NCBI GenBank assembly: GCA_965205865.1
Contig: CBDBHR010000010.1
Location: forward strand, 32,001-96,000
Length of the DNA: 64,000 nucleotides
DNA from: a bacterium
Lineage (GTDB): Bacteria; SAR324; NAC60-12
Reading direction: 5' to 3'
A program made the position numbers and the translations under genes. How positions within the stretch are numbered: position 1 is the stretch's first letter; each line of letters starts with the position of its first letter. Of this stretch, positions 53,828 through 63,616 are shown piece by piece. Below the pieces are notes generated by a model that searched no databases, had not been told where the DNA came from, and saw only the letters and a list, made by a program, of their open reading frames with translations.

Positions 53828-54088
53828 GAGAACGTCCGTTGCTGATATTTACAGGGAAGATTTATAGGAGTAGTATGGAAGTATGAGCTACACTGGTGGT
53901 TTGATTCGTTAATCTCTTTCTAACTAAGAATAATTGGAGAACAAACCCTTTTCAAGGTAAAAAGCAAAGGGCTTGGTTTACAAATAAATTGTCTCTTGAT
54001 CATCGATATGGTAAATTTGACGAAATGAATGGACTCCGAGTCGAGAACAATGGATCCGAAATCACCTGTGGAGTAGGAGTGAAGTCTT

Positions 54089-55186
54089 ATGGAAAAAAAA
54101 AACAAGGAAACTAAAAACGGTCTCGCGCATCGCATATTTTCCACCAACTGGATCCTGATCGCCCTCTTAGTCCTGATGGGGTATTGGATTTTCTTTGGAG
54201 GGAATAAAAGGTTTGACCAATCCTTTTCTTTCCAGCCTCGCAGATCGATTGTGGGAATGAGTGATTCCCTCAATGCAGATGCAATTGCAAAATTAGGGGT
54301 GGATTTGACAGAAAATCTGGATCCCAAATTGATCCCCTCCCTTGTCGAGCAGGCGATGAAAGAAACGGTGGAGTCCGGAGTCAGAGAACAAGAATTTGTC
54401 CGGACGCTGGTCACTCGAGTTTCCAATAAAATTCGAGATATCAGCACCATTGATTTGAACAACGATAGCATTGCGGACCCGATTCTGGTGGTGCCTCAAA
54501 ACATTGCGGAAGGCGGGGAAAATCTTCAACTTTCCATTCGGGTACCGGATCCTGCTGAAGTGGGCGCTTTTCCTCGAGGCAGTGATCAGAAAGCCTGGCT
54601 GGATATCGCAGAAAACAAGTCGATCGAAGTAATGACGGCAACTGCTATCAAAGAAAATGACCAGAATATGGTCATTCAATCCGCCCCCAATCCCCAAGTT
54701 TATAGCACCCATCCTCCCTATTATCACCATAGCGCCAGTCTTAGCAATGTGTTATTGACTTCCATGATGCTCAGTTGGATGTTCTCTCCGGCATATTATG
54801 GCCCGGGTTTTGGATCTGGTTATTACGGGGGATCTCCCCGGACAACGACCGTCATCCGGCAAAACCGGGCGGGCAACATCAGCAATTTGCGAACGGCGAG
54901 AGGTTCTTCTGCTGCAGCAGTCAATTCCAAAGGACAATCGATTGCCTCCAATAAATTCAAGAACGTCCCCCCCAAATCGCTCAATCAAATCAAGACCACC
55001 CAATTCCGGTCCGGAAGTGGTCAACGCGTTTCCCGTGCTGGCGGGTTTGGTAGATCTTCTGCCGTTCGCGGCGCTCCTTCTTCCAGAAGCACCTTCCGTT
55101 CCAGTTTGTCACAGCGCCGCAGTTCTAGCAGTTTTGGACGCAGAGGATTCCGCCGCAGTTTTGGTGGATTCGGTCGCAGACGCTGA
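54089..55186 (+). CDS. Hypothetical membrane-anchored protein with Arg/Ser/Gly-rich tail
   Basis: 365-aa ORF with RBS, an N-terminal TM segment, a DLNNDSIAD motif and a low-complexity C-terminus. Confidence 0.75.
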   Translation: MEKKNKETKNGLAHRIFSTNWILIALLVLMGYWIFFGGNKRFDQSFSFQPRRSIVGMSDSLNADAIAKLGVDLTENLDPKLIPSLVEQAMKETVESGVREQEFVRTLVTRVSNKIRDISTIDLNNDSIADPILVVPQNIAEGGENLQLSIRVPDPAEVGAFPRGSDQKAWLDIAENKSIEVMTATAIKENDQNMVIQSAPNPQVYSTHPPYYHHSASLSNVLLTSMMLSWMFSPAYYGPGFGSGYYGGSPRTTTVIRQNRAGNISNLRTARGSSAAAVNSKGQSIASNKFKNVPPKSLNQIKTTQFRSGSGQRVSRAGGFGRSSAVRGAPSSRSTFRSSLSQRRSSSSFGRRGFRRSFGGFGRRR

Positions 55187-55256
55187 CAAATTTTCACTGA
55201 AGAATGGGATTCATAGCAAATTTCCCCAAATGTTTTTGGGGAAACCCCTGCCTTGT

Positions 55257-58200
55257 TTATAATGTTTTCGAAACCTCTTTTATCTCCACGGGAGCAGGTT
55301 CTGATTTTGGGAACAGTTTTCGGAAAGGAACCAGGATGTCTTCCAGAATGAAATAGAGAGAGGGAATGAGTAGCAGGGTGACGAAGGTGGCCATCATCAC
55401 GCCAAATCCCAGGCTGATCGCCATCGGGATGAGAAAACGGGCTTGCAGTGAAGTCTCGGTGATCATAGGCAGGAGGCCAAAGAAAGTGGTGAGGGAGGTG
55501 AGAATGATCGGACGGAAGCGTCGTGCGCCCCCTTGCAAAATAGCGTCTTTCAAAGTTGCTCCCCGCCGACGGGCATTGTTGATGAAGTCCACCAAAATCA
55601 GCGAATCATTGACCACAATTCCCGACAAAGCGACAATCCCGAGCAGACTGACCAAGCTCAATTGATATCCCATAATCCAATGCCCGACAAAAGCGCCAAT
55701 GACGCCAAAAGGAATTGCCGACATCACTACCAAAGGCTGAAAATAACTACGGAATTGCAATGCCAATAAGCAGAAAATTCCAAACAAAGCAAATATGGCG
55801 CCTTGGCTCAAGCTGTTCATAGAATATGCGCGGCTGCGATTTCGTCCGGCAAAAGAATACTCCAGTGCCGGATAGTCATTTGCCAATTCCGGTAACACTT
55901 CGTTGTCGAGATTGGCTTCGATTTGACGGGTATTGGCAATTGTATGGTCGACTTTCGCCGTGATATCCACAATCCGTTTACTATCCTCTCGATTGATTTG
56001 GCTGTAGGAGTATCCATATTCGATATAGGCCACTTCGGAAAGAAGAATCTCTCCACCTGATGGGGTTTTGACCACCATTTCATCCAAATTTTGGCGATAT
56101 TGTCGTTCTTCCCGCGGGAAACGCAGCATCACCTTCACTTCATCACTACCCCGTTGCAAACTCAACACTTCGGTTCCCTGAAATGCGGCACGGACTTGTT
56201 GGGTCAATCCCAGAGTGGTCATGCCCATCGCATTGCCTTCCGGTCGAAGCCGGAGTTGGATTTCCGGTTTACCTTCGGCGTCACTGTCCTCGATATCGCT
56301 GACACCAGGGTATAGTGCCAAAGTGTTTTTCAATCGCTCTAGGGCCTGGGTCAAGGTATTATAGTCGGGATGGACCAAACGAACATTCAAATCCGAACCG
56401 GCGCCCGGACCAATGCTGAAACGCACTGTTACGGCTTCAGCACCCGGAATGCCTCCCACTCGACTTCTCCATTTCATGGCAAATTCCCCGGCAGAAAACC
56501 CACGCGCGTCCAAAGGCTGGAGAAAAACTCTGGCGTTGGTAAGGTGAGTGCCCCGATTGCCGCGTCCACCATGACCACCAAGCGTGCTAAAAATACCTCG
56601 CGATGTGGGATGGCCCTGCTGCCGGTCATATTCAGCAATGAGGCTCTGTGCTTCTTTGACCAGTTTTTCCTGCGCTTGTCGGGTGATGTGAAGTGGTGTA
56701 CCAAAGGGCATGGTGACGGAAGCAATCACCCGATCTCCTTCGATCCTGGGCATAAATGTGTATTTCAGATGTCCCGCCGCTACCGCTCCGCCTCCCACAA
56801 CGAGCATGAAAACTCCAATGGCCAGAGTTGTGTAACGATATTCGATGGCCAGGTTGAGCAATTTGCGATAAGGTCCATGGATGGCTTTCTCCATTCCCAG
56901 GCTGGGATAGGCTTTGATCTTTTCCAGTTTGCCCAACAATCCTTTATGCTTCCTGAATTTATTGGAATGGGCCAAGTGAGCAGGCAGGATATAAAGGCAC
57001 TCCAGCAAAGAGACCACGAGAACTATGACTACGATGATCGGAATCGCTTTCATGAATTTTCCCATTGTCCCTGCAATGAAAAAGAAAGGCATAAAAGCAA
57101 CAATCGAAGTCAAGATTGCAAACAAGACCGGCCCACCTATCTCTAGTGTCCCTTCCACGGAGGCCCTTAATTTGGATTTCCCCATTTCTTGGTGGGCATA
57201 AATATTTTCTCCCACCACAATGGCATCATCCACCACGATCCCCAGCACCAGGATAAAGGCAAATAGTGACATCATGTTGATACTCGTATCGGCAGCTGGC
57301 ATGAGAAGGAACGCCCCCATGAAGGAAATGGGAATTCCCATACTGATCCAAAAGGCCAATTTTGATTCCAGAAACAATGCCAGAAGCAACAACACCAGCC
57401 CCAGCCCCAGTGCCGCGTTTTTCACCAGCAGGTTGATCCGGTCTTCCAATGCCAGGGAACTGTCATCCATGATTTCTATTTCAACACCAGGAGGGAAGCG
57501 GTCCTTGATATCAGCCAGACTGATGCGCGCCGTTTCTGAGATTTCAGTGGGCGTCTGATTTCCCACCCGATAGATTTCTATGAGGATAGAAGGCATCCCA
57601 TTGTACGTAGAAACGGTGTCGACTTCTTCAAAACTATCTTTGACGGTGCCAATATCTTCCAGCAGAACTTCGCCGTCTTCTGTGGAAAGGATTGGAATCC
57701 TGGCATACTCTGCTGCCGTGTAACGCCGCTCCTTGGTGCGAATCAAGACATCCCCACCCGAAGTTTTCAGCGTTCCACCCGGCAAATCCAGAGTCGAGAC
57801 CCGAATCGTATTGGCCACTTGCTGCATGGTCAGTCCATAACGCCGCAACTGTGTTTGTGGGATCTCGATGGAGATTTCGTGATCCCGTATACCGATAACA
57901 TCCACCTGGGTGATTTTTTCTTTGCTCAACAGATCGTTTTTGACGCTTTCTGCCAGATCAATCAAGGCTAGTTCGCTAATATTTCCAAACAATACGAGTT
58001 GCATCACTTCTCGTCGACGTCGAATCATGTTGACGAGCGGGGTTTCCGAATCTTCGGGGAAAGAAGATATATTGGAAACAGCTGTTTTAACCTCCTCCAA
58101 AACACGTGGATTGTCGCTTCCTTCCTCCAGTTCTATTCTGAAACGCCCCGACCCTTCATTTGCATATGCCCTCACGTTTTTGATATCAACAATGCCTTTC

Positions 58201-58412
58201 AATGCTTCTTCAACTGGAATCAGGATGCTTTCTTCAATATCTGCAGGAGTGGCTCCGCCATAGGGAATTGCGATGTTGATGATATCCAGTTCAAACTCGG
58301 GGAATACTTCCTGTTTGATCGAATTCAAATTGATAAATCCGCCAATCAGGCAAACAAACATCAACAAATTGGCCGCCACCGGATTTTTGGCCATCCATTC
58401 AACTAATTTCAT
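55257..58412 (-). CDS. RND efflux transporter permease
   Basis: NPVAANLLM, GIVVDDAIVVGEN, GIVVNDS, RFRPIILTSLTT. Confidence 0.95.
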   Translation of the reverse strand: MKLVEWMAKNPVAANLLMFVCLIGGFINLNSIKQEVFPEFELDIINIAIPYGGATPADIEESILIPVEEALKGIVDIKNVRAYANEGSGRFRIELEEGSDNPRVLEEVKTAVSNISSFPEDSETPLVNMIRRRREVMQLVLFGNISELALIDLAESVKNDLLSKEKITQVDVIGIRDHEISIEIPQTQLRRYGLTMQQVANTIRVSTLDLPGGTLKTSGGDVLIRTKERRYTAAEYARIPILSTEDGEVLLEDIGTVKDSFEEVDTVSTYNGMPSILIEIYRVGNQTPTEISETARISLADIKDRFPPGVEIEIMDDSSLALEDRINLLVKNAALGLGLVLLLLALFLESKLAFWISMGIPISFMGAFLLMPAADTSINMMSLFAFILVLGIVVDDAIVVGENIYAHQEMGKSKLRASVEGTLEIGGPVLFAILTSIVAFMPFFFIAGTMGKFMKAIPIIVVIVLVVSLLECLYILPAHLAHSNKFRKHKGLLGKLEKIKAYPSLGMEKAIHGPYRKLLNLAIEYRYTTLAIGVFMLVVGGGAVAAGHLKYTFMPRIEGDRVIASVTMPFGTPLHITRQAQEKLVKEAQSLIAEYDRQQGHPTSRGIFSTLGGHGGRGNRGTHLTNARVFLQPLDARGFSAGEFAMKWRSRVGGIPGAEAVTVRFSIGPGAGSDLNVRLVHPDYNTLTQALERLKNTLALYPGVSDIEDSDAEGKPEIQLRLRPEGNAMGMTTLGLTQQVRAAFQGTEVLSLQRGSDEVKVMLRFPREERQYRQNLDEMVVKTPSGGEILLSEVAYIEYGYSYSQINREDSKRIVDITAKVDHTIANTRQIEANLDNEVLPELANDYPALEYSFAGRNRSRAYSMNSLSQGAIFALFGIFCLLALQFRSYFQPLVVMSAIPFGVIGAFVGHWIMGYQLSLVSLLGIVALSGIVVNDSLILVDFINNARRRGATLKDAILQGGARRFRPIILTSLTTFFGLLPMITETSLQARFLIPMAISLGFGVMMATFVTLLLIPSLYFILEDILVPFRKLFPKSEPAPVEIKEVSKTL

Positions 58413-58439
58413 AAATCCTCCGGGAAAACGAGTGAATCA

Positions 58440-59570
58440 TTATTTTGATTTTGTTTGATCATCTGTTGTCGACGTTTTTTGTAATGAGCCTCTACCCTCC
58501 TCAGCGTCTTTTCTAAAAGGTTTTTTGCCTTGTAACCGTTTTTTTCCGTCAACCTCTGACGGATTCCTTTGTCTGCCAAGCCCTTGATTTTCAAGAGGTT
58601 GTCCTTTTTTTCCAGCCACTCTCAATTTCAAACCCGGGACAGCGCCTTTCAAAGGAGAAATAATCAGTTTTTCACCTGCTCGTATTCCATTGGAAATAAA
58701 AACCTCATCTTTCTGAATGTATGCTATCGCCACAGGCCTAATCTCCAACAAACCTTCTTTTTCCAGAAAAACGGTGTTTTGATCCCGCAGAGCATGGGCT
58801 GGAATGATGAAAACATTTCGCAAGGTTTGTGCTGGAATAGCAACCTCCACAAATGCGCCAATGAACAGAGAAATTGGAGGATTATCATGCTGGTAAGGGG
58901 CTTTTAACTGAAATGGATCCTGAATTTCAATCAAGAGTTGGGCCATGCCGCCTTTTGACGTCAGTTCCGGTAAGTTATGTTGCACGATCCCATTCCAGAC
59001 TTGATTGCGATTCCCATAGCTAAACAGGACTTCTGCCGGAATGTTGAATTGATTGGAAATTCCTTGCAAGGGAAGCCGTGCCATTTCACGCAAGGGAAGA
59101 TCGACTTTCACTTGTGCCGTATCACTACCAATCAAGGTAGCAATGGCAAATCCAGGGGAGACATATTGATCGCCGGAAACATCCAATGCCTGCACTATCC
59201 CATTGAATGGCGCTTCCACTTCCGTGTAAGTCGTATTCACTCCTGCTGCCGGTTTGATGCCGAGGAGGACCTCTTCTGCGCGTATGTATCCTCCTTCGAC
59301 CAGCGAAGGGCTGATGTAATCGACAATCCCTGCAATGGGTGGGGTAAGAACAACCCGTTCTTTCGCGCGAACAATGCCATGAGTTTGGATTTGGATTTTT
59401 CGGGTTTCTTGCTCAAGAGTGCTGACTTCGACTAAAATTCCTGAAAAAGAGCTTCTTCGAGGAGTGATTTGGGGTTTGGTTGCATCAAAATATTTCCAGA
59501 CTGCCCCTCCTAGTACAAGAATGACTACAGGGAGAACGATCTTGAGCAGGATTCCTACTGATTTCGACAT
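58440..59570 (-). CDS. RND periplasmic adaptor (membrane fusion protein) lacking the alpha-helical hairpin
   Basis: N-terminal TM anchor, lipoyl halves (PPIAGIV...EAPFNGIV), GAFVEV, IPAHAL; AAGAGG RBS before ATG 59570. Confidence 0.85.
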   Translation of the reverse strand: MSKSVGILLKIVLPVVILVLGGAVWKYFDATKPQITPRRSSFSGILVEVSTLEQETRKIQIQTHGIVRAKERVVLTPPIAGIVDYISPSLVEGGYIRAEEVLLGIKPAAGVNTTYTEVEAPFNGIVQALDVSGDQYVSPGFAIATLIGSDTAQVKVDLPLREMARLPLQGISNQFNIPAEVLFSYGNRNQVWNGIVQHNLPELTSKGGMAQLLIEIQDPFQLKAPYQHDNPPISLFIGAFVEVAIPAQTLRNVFIIPAHALRDQNTVFLEKEGLLEIRPVAIAYIQKDEVFISNGIRAGEKLIISPLKGAVPGLKLRVAGKKGQPLENQGLGRQRNPSEVDGKKRLQGKKPFRKDAEEGRGSLQKTSTTDDQTKSK

Positions 59571-59607
59571 GGACCTCTTTGATGTGATTTCCTCGTTTAC
59601 AAAGATC

Positions 59608-60711
59608 TCAGGCAAGGGTTAGCGCATAGAGGACAATGCCCACGTATAAAATGAGCATCAACGCTGATTTGAATTGGTTGAGTGTGTAATTATTGGAATA
59701 AAAAAAGACTATTGTTATTATTGTAGCTCCTATCAGAGTCCATAACAATTCTTTTTGAGGCAGTTCGATAAGGGTATATGCCGAACCGCCAAAAAACATC
59801 ATTGCCACGGGAACACTCAAACAAACGCAGATGTCAAAGATATTGCTGCCAAAAACATTGGAAACCGCGGCATCATAGTTGCCTCGTTTTGCGCTGAGCA
59901 CGGAAAGAACGGTGTCCGGTACCGATGTTCCCGCGGCAATCACCACAAATGACATAATCACCGCATCAAATCCCAATAAGTTTCCCATACCAATCGAAGC
60001 CTCCACCAACACGTAAGAAGTTCCTCCCATGACCAGCATCATGCCAATAATCCAAGCCCAGGCTTCTTTTTCACTGGCGATGCGCAATTCTTTCTTTTTC
60101 TTTTCAGGAGTTTCCGGGTGCGCTGTTTGTTCCTGATGATTCTTGTAGTGTTGGTGCAGTAAAAAGATATAGGCGACATAGAGGAAAAAGAAAACGGAAG
60201 CAATACCAATACTCCATTCTGTCGTTTGGTATAAAAAAAACACCAGAACTGTTACCACAACGAGGTAAAAAAGACTGTCTCGCCAGATCACTTCGCGGCT
60301 GAGAACGAGTGGAGTGGCAGCGACCAGTCCGGATGCGGCAGGAATCACCAGCACATTGTACAAAGCCGAACCGGCTACGGTAGCCACACCAACTTCAAAT
60401 CTTCCAATAACGATTACTGCAATCACCACTACCGCAAATTCAGGAAACGAACTGGCAATGGCATCGATCACTGCGGCTTTAACGGATTGAGGAACATTAT
60501 AATGCGCTTCAATAAATTCCGCAGCGGGAGAAAAATGGTCCGCCGCCCGCCAGATCACCAGAGAAGAGAGGGCAATCAATGAGAGATAATAGAAGAACTG
60601 CATCATACCAACCGGGAAGGGCCAGGTAATGATGGCAATTCCTCCTAAAATCAAACAAGGTTTATAAACGTTACGGCCTAAAAAACGTTCTAATTGGGTC
60701 AAGGGAAACAT
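59608..60711 (-). CDS. Sodium/calcium exchanger family antiporter
   Basis: Alpha repeats ASSFPE...GSALYN and AGTSVPD...GSNIFD. Confidence 0.9.
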   Translation of the reverse strand: MFPLTQLERFLGRNVYKPCLILGGIAIITWPFPVGMMQFFYYLSLIALSSLVIWRAADHFSPAAEFIEAHYNVPQSVKAAVIDAIASSFPEFAVVVIAVIVIGRFEVGVATVAGSALYNVLVIPAASGLVAATPLVLSREVIWRDSLFYLVVVTVLVFFLYQTTEWSIGIASVFFFLYVAYIFLLHQHYKNHQEQTAHPETPEKKKKELRIASEKEAWAWIIGMMLVMGGTSYVLVEASIGMGNLLGFDAVIMSFVVIAAGTSVPDTVLSVLSAKRGNYDAAVSNVFGSNIFDICVCLSVPVAMMFFGGSAYTLIELPQKELLWTLIGATIITIVFFYSNNYTLNQFKSALMLILYVGIVLYALTLA

Positions 60712-60752
60712 CTGGTTTCTAATTCGGAAGAAGTTGCAAGAGTAATAATCGG

Positions 60753-61385
60753 TTAATTGGATTTTTGAAAAATGTTGAGTTGTTTTTCTTCTCCTTTCAA
60801 CAAGCGGGCAATATTCTCACGATGCCGGTATATCAGTAAGGCTGATAATCCGCAGAATAGCAAAAATTGCGGAAAGGATATCGTCTTTTCCATTCCCCAC
60901 GGAATGATCAGAAATAAGAAAGGTAATAGTGTTAACGTCACGAGAGCCGCCAAACTGGAAATGCGTTTCACCAGAAACACGCCAACCCATACAAGCGCGG
61001 AGACCAGACCAACGGGTAAGTGGAGCACGGCCAGCACGCCGAACAAAGTGGAAATTCCCTTGCCCCCCTTCAATTTCAGGAAAATGGAATAAATATGACC
61101 ACAAACCAAGGCAATCCCCAAACAACTCCACTGGAACACAAGGACACTTCCGCTCTCATCCAGCAGCCATGGTCGAGCAATCGCCATCATTACCCCCCCT
61201 TTTGCGAAGTCCATTAAAAAGGTAAGAATGCCTGGCAGTTTCCCCCCCACTCGCATCACGTTCGTCATGCCAATATTTCCACTGCCTTTGGTGCGGATAT
61301 CCACCCCAAGTATTCCTTTTCCAATTAAAAATCCGAAAGGAATGCTGCCAACACAATAGCCAATCAAGAGAAGAAGGTAAAACAT
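60753..61385 (-). CDS. plsY: Glycerol-3-phosphate acyltransferase
   Basis: GSIPFG, GSGNIGMTN, DFAKG, GGKGIST, HRENIARL..GEE. Confidence 0.95.
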   Translation of the reverse strand: MFYLLLLIGYCVGSIPFGFLIGKGILGVDIRTKGSGNIGMTNVMRVGGKLPGILTFLMDFAKGGVMMAIARPWLLDESGSVLVFQWSCLGIALVCGHIYSIFLKLKGGKGISTLFGVLAVLHLPVGLVSALVWVGVFLVKRISSLAALVTLTLLPFLFLIIPWGMEKTISFPQFLLFCGLSALLIYRHRENIARLLKGEEKQLNIFQKSN

Positions 61386-61648
61386 ACCAGGGTTACTTTT
61401 GCATGAGAATCAAGAATTTGAGAAGAAACTATATCCAAAATTCCGGAATAAACCAATTGCTTTTCCAGGGACGCCGGATTAGAGGCGCCGTGGTCTGTCG
61501 ATTTATAGGAAGGACGTTGGTAATATTCCATTGGCGTTCTATTACGCCCGTGATAAAAGAAAGTGAAGGTGACTCGAGGCTTTGTTGCGTAATTAAGCGA
61601 GATCACTCGTCTTGGCGGATGGACGGAAGGATTCATTGAAAACCGGCT

Positions 61649-62488
61649 ATGCCTGAAAAATGGGGACAGCATTTCTTGATCCGGCAATCTTTTGTCGACC
61701 AGATGCTGGAAACAGCACAAATCTCGACCGATGATCGCGTCCTGGAAATCGGTCCTGGCAAAGGGATGCTGACCCGCGCGTTGCTTGCGCGACAAGCGAG
61801 AGTCACGGCAATAGAGGTGGATCCGGTTTTGTATGGCTTCTTGAAAAAACATTTTGCCAGAGACGTGTCTCTGTTACTCCTCCATCGCGATGTCTTAGAG
61901 TGCGACAGGGAATTTTTAGCAAACCTGTATCCCAATCCCTACAAAGTGGTGGCAAACCTTCCTTACAGTATTGCCACTCCCATCTTTTTCAAACTCTTGG
62001 AACTACGTCCTTGGTTGCAAACAATCACGGTGATGATTCAAAAAGAAGTCGCCCAACGGATCTGTGCCACCATCAAAAAACGCTCTTTCTATGGAGTGCT
62101 CTCACTCGTGGCGGAATTGGGATTTGAACGCAGACTGGCATTTTCGATTCCTCCCACGGCCTTCTCTCCTATTCCCAAGGTGGAATCTGCGGTGGTACAC
62201 TTGGTTCCGAAACCCAGGCTGTTTTCTGCCAAAGAGGAGCAGATTTTTCTCAAGTGGATACAGCGTGTTTTCAATCAACGCCGCAAGACATTGTTGAACA
62301 ATCTCCAGCGCTGCTGTCCTACTGAATTCAAACGTCATGAAATATATCTAAAAGAAAAGTATGCGCAAAAACGAGCCGAAACCCTCACCTTGCAAGAGTT
62401 AATCGATCTGTTCCAACTGCTTTTTCAAGCAGAGGGACAACTGCCTCTAACAGGTACCTCAAACCATAAGAAAGCAATTTCGCAATAA
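61649..62488 (+). CDS. rsmA: 16S rRNA dimethyladenosine transferase
   Basis: GQHFL, LEIGPGKG, ANLPY, QKEVA, FNQRRKTL, RAETL. Confidence 0.95.
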   Translation: MPEKWGQHFLIRQSFVDQMLETAQISTDDRVLEIGPGKGMLTRALLARQARVTAIEVDPVLYGFLKKHFARDVSLLLLHRDVLECDREFLANLYPNPYKVVANLPYSIATPIFFKLLELRPWLQTITVMIQKEVAQRICATIKKRSFYGVLSLVAELGFERRLAFSIPPTAFSPIPKVESAVVHLVPKPRLFSAKEEQIFLKWIQRVFNQRRKTLLNNLQRCCPTEFKRHEIYLKEKYAQKRAETLTLQELIDLFQLLFQAEGQLPLTGTSNHKKAISQ

Positions 62489-62557
62489 CCGCTTTTTCAA
62501 GGAAAGCTTCTTCACCTTCTATTCCGTTTTGGAAATTTTTTGATTTTCCCCGAGACC

Positions 62558-63364
62558 ATGTTGGAACTGAGAAAAGAGCACAATCGCAATTTGGCTGGTC
62601 GACTGTTGGACGGGATTCGATGGTTCATTCCTCCGAAATGCTGGGATTGCCAGCAATGGCTGGTCCGGGAAAAGATCACCCTGCAACAACCCCCGCAAAA
62701 TGCATATCCCTTTCTCTGCAAGCATTGTCTGAAAAATCTACCGTGGACGATACCGGAGTTCTGCTGTACCCATTGTGGTCAGCAAACTGGCGAACCCAAC
62801 CGGAAATATTGTGCGGAATGCCTGGAGCGTCCTTTCTATTTTGATCAACTTTGGGGTGGTTTTCACTATGATGGGCGGATTCAACAGTGGATTACACAAT
62901 ACAAATATGGGAAAAAAATGCACATGGCCCCCTTGCTGGGGCGCTTGCTTTCCTTGAGTCTGGATCGCTATGCTTTGCCTGCTGAGGTGGATGGCGTCGT
63001 TCCCATTCCCTTGCACCGGAAACGATTGTGGGAAAGAGGATTCAATCAAGCATTGCTGCTGGGTCATCATACTTTTACGAAATCATCCCTCCTGCAACCT
63101 TATTGGCTGCAGCGGGTCCGGCTTACCGTTCCACAAACCAGACTTTCCTTCAAAATGCGGCTCCAGAATATGGAAAATGCCTTTCAAGCCGATCCCCAGG
63201 TTGAAGGGAAACACCTACTGCTCCTCGATGATGTAATGACCACAGGTGCCACTCTCAATGCAGCAACTCGAGCACTGAAAGAAAGGGGAGCCCTCTTTGT
63301 CGGAGTGGTAGTACTGGCGCGTAGAATGCGATCCGCATCCCTTATTACGGAATATCAGCTTTAG
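62558..63364 (+). CDS. comF: ComF family protein (zinc ribbon + PRTase)
   Basis: CxxC motifs, PIPLH, RGFNQA, LLDDVMTTGAT. Confidence 0.9.
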   Translation: MLELRKEHNRNLAGRLLDGIRWFIPPKCWDCQQWLVREKITLQQPPQNAYPFLCKHCLKNLPWTIPEFCCTHCGQQTGEPNRKYCAECLERPFYFDQLWGGFHYDGRIQQWITQYKYGKKMHMAPLLGRLLSLSLDRYALPAEVDGVVPIPLHRKRLWERGFNQALLLGHHTFTKSSLLQPYWLQRVRLTVPQTRLSFKMRLQNMENAFQADPQVEGKHLLLLDDVMTTGATLNAATRALKERGALFVGVVVLARRMRSASLITEYQL

Positions 63365-63543
63365 TCTCTTCGTGTCTGATTCTTAAAAATTTGCTGCATG
63401 ACTATTCGTTCCCTCGCTACGCGTCCCCCGAGACCGAGAAGCAATCGATTCGACATTCCCACGCAAAAGGTGAGATCAATTCTAATAACTCGATCTTGCC
63501 GCAGGAGTGTATTTTCTTAAGAATATTTCATGATATGCTTACA

Positions 63544-63592
63544 AAATAGATATATTTAATTTTTAATATAAAAAAAGTTGATATATCTATTT
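63544..63592. promoter_or_regulatory. Perfect 12-bp inverted repeat, candidate WYL-regulator operator
   Basis: AAATAGATATAT (63544-63555) / ATATATCTATTT (63581-63592) with a 25-bp spacer, just upstream of ATG 63617. Confidence 0.55.
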
Positions 63593-63616
63593 AAAGTGTA
63601 TATTTTGGAACCCATT

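Noticed and set aside
53828-54088. Cobalamin riboswitch upstream of the cbi operon
   Set aside because: No recognisable B12-box or core motifs were seen; an Infernal search would be needed to exclude a divergent one.
61403-61639. 78-aa ORF between plsY and rsmA
   Set aside because: It lies in a divergent promoter region and has no recognisable motif, so it cannot be supported.
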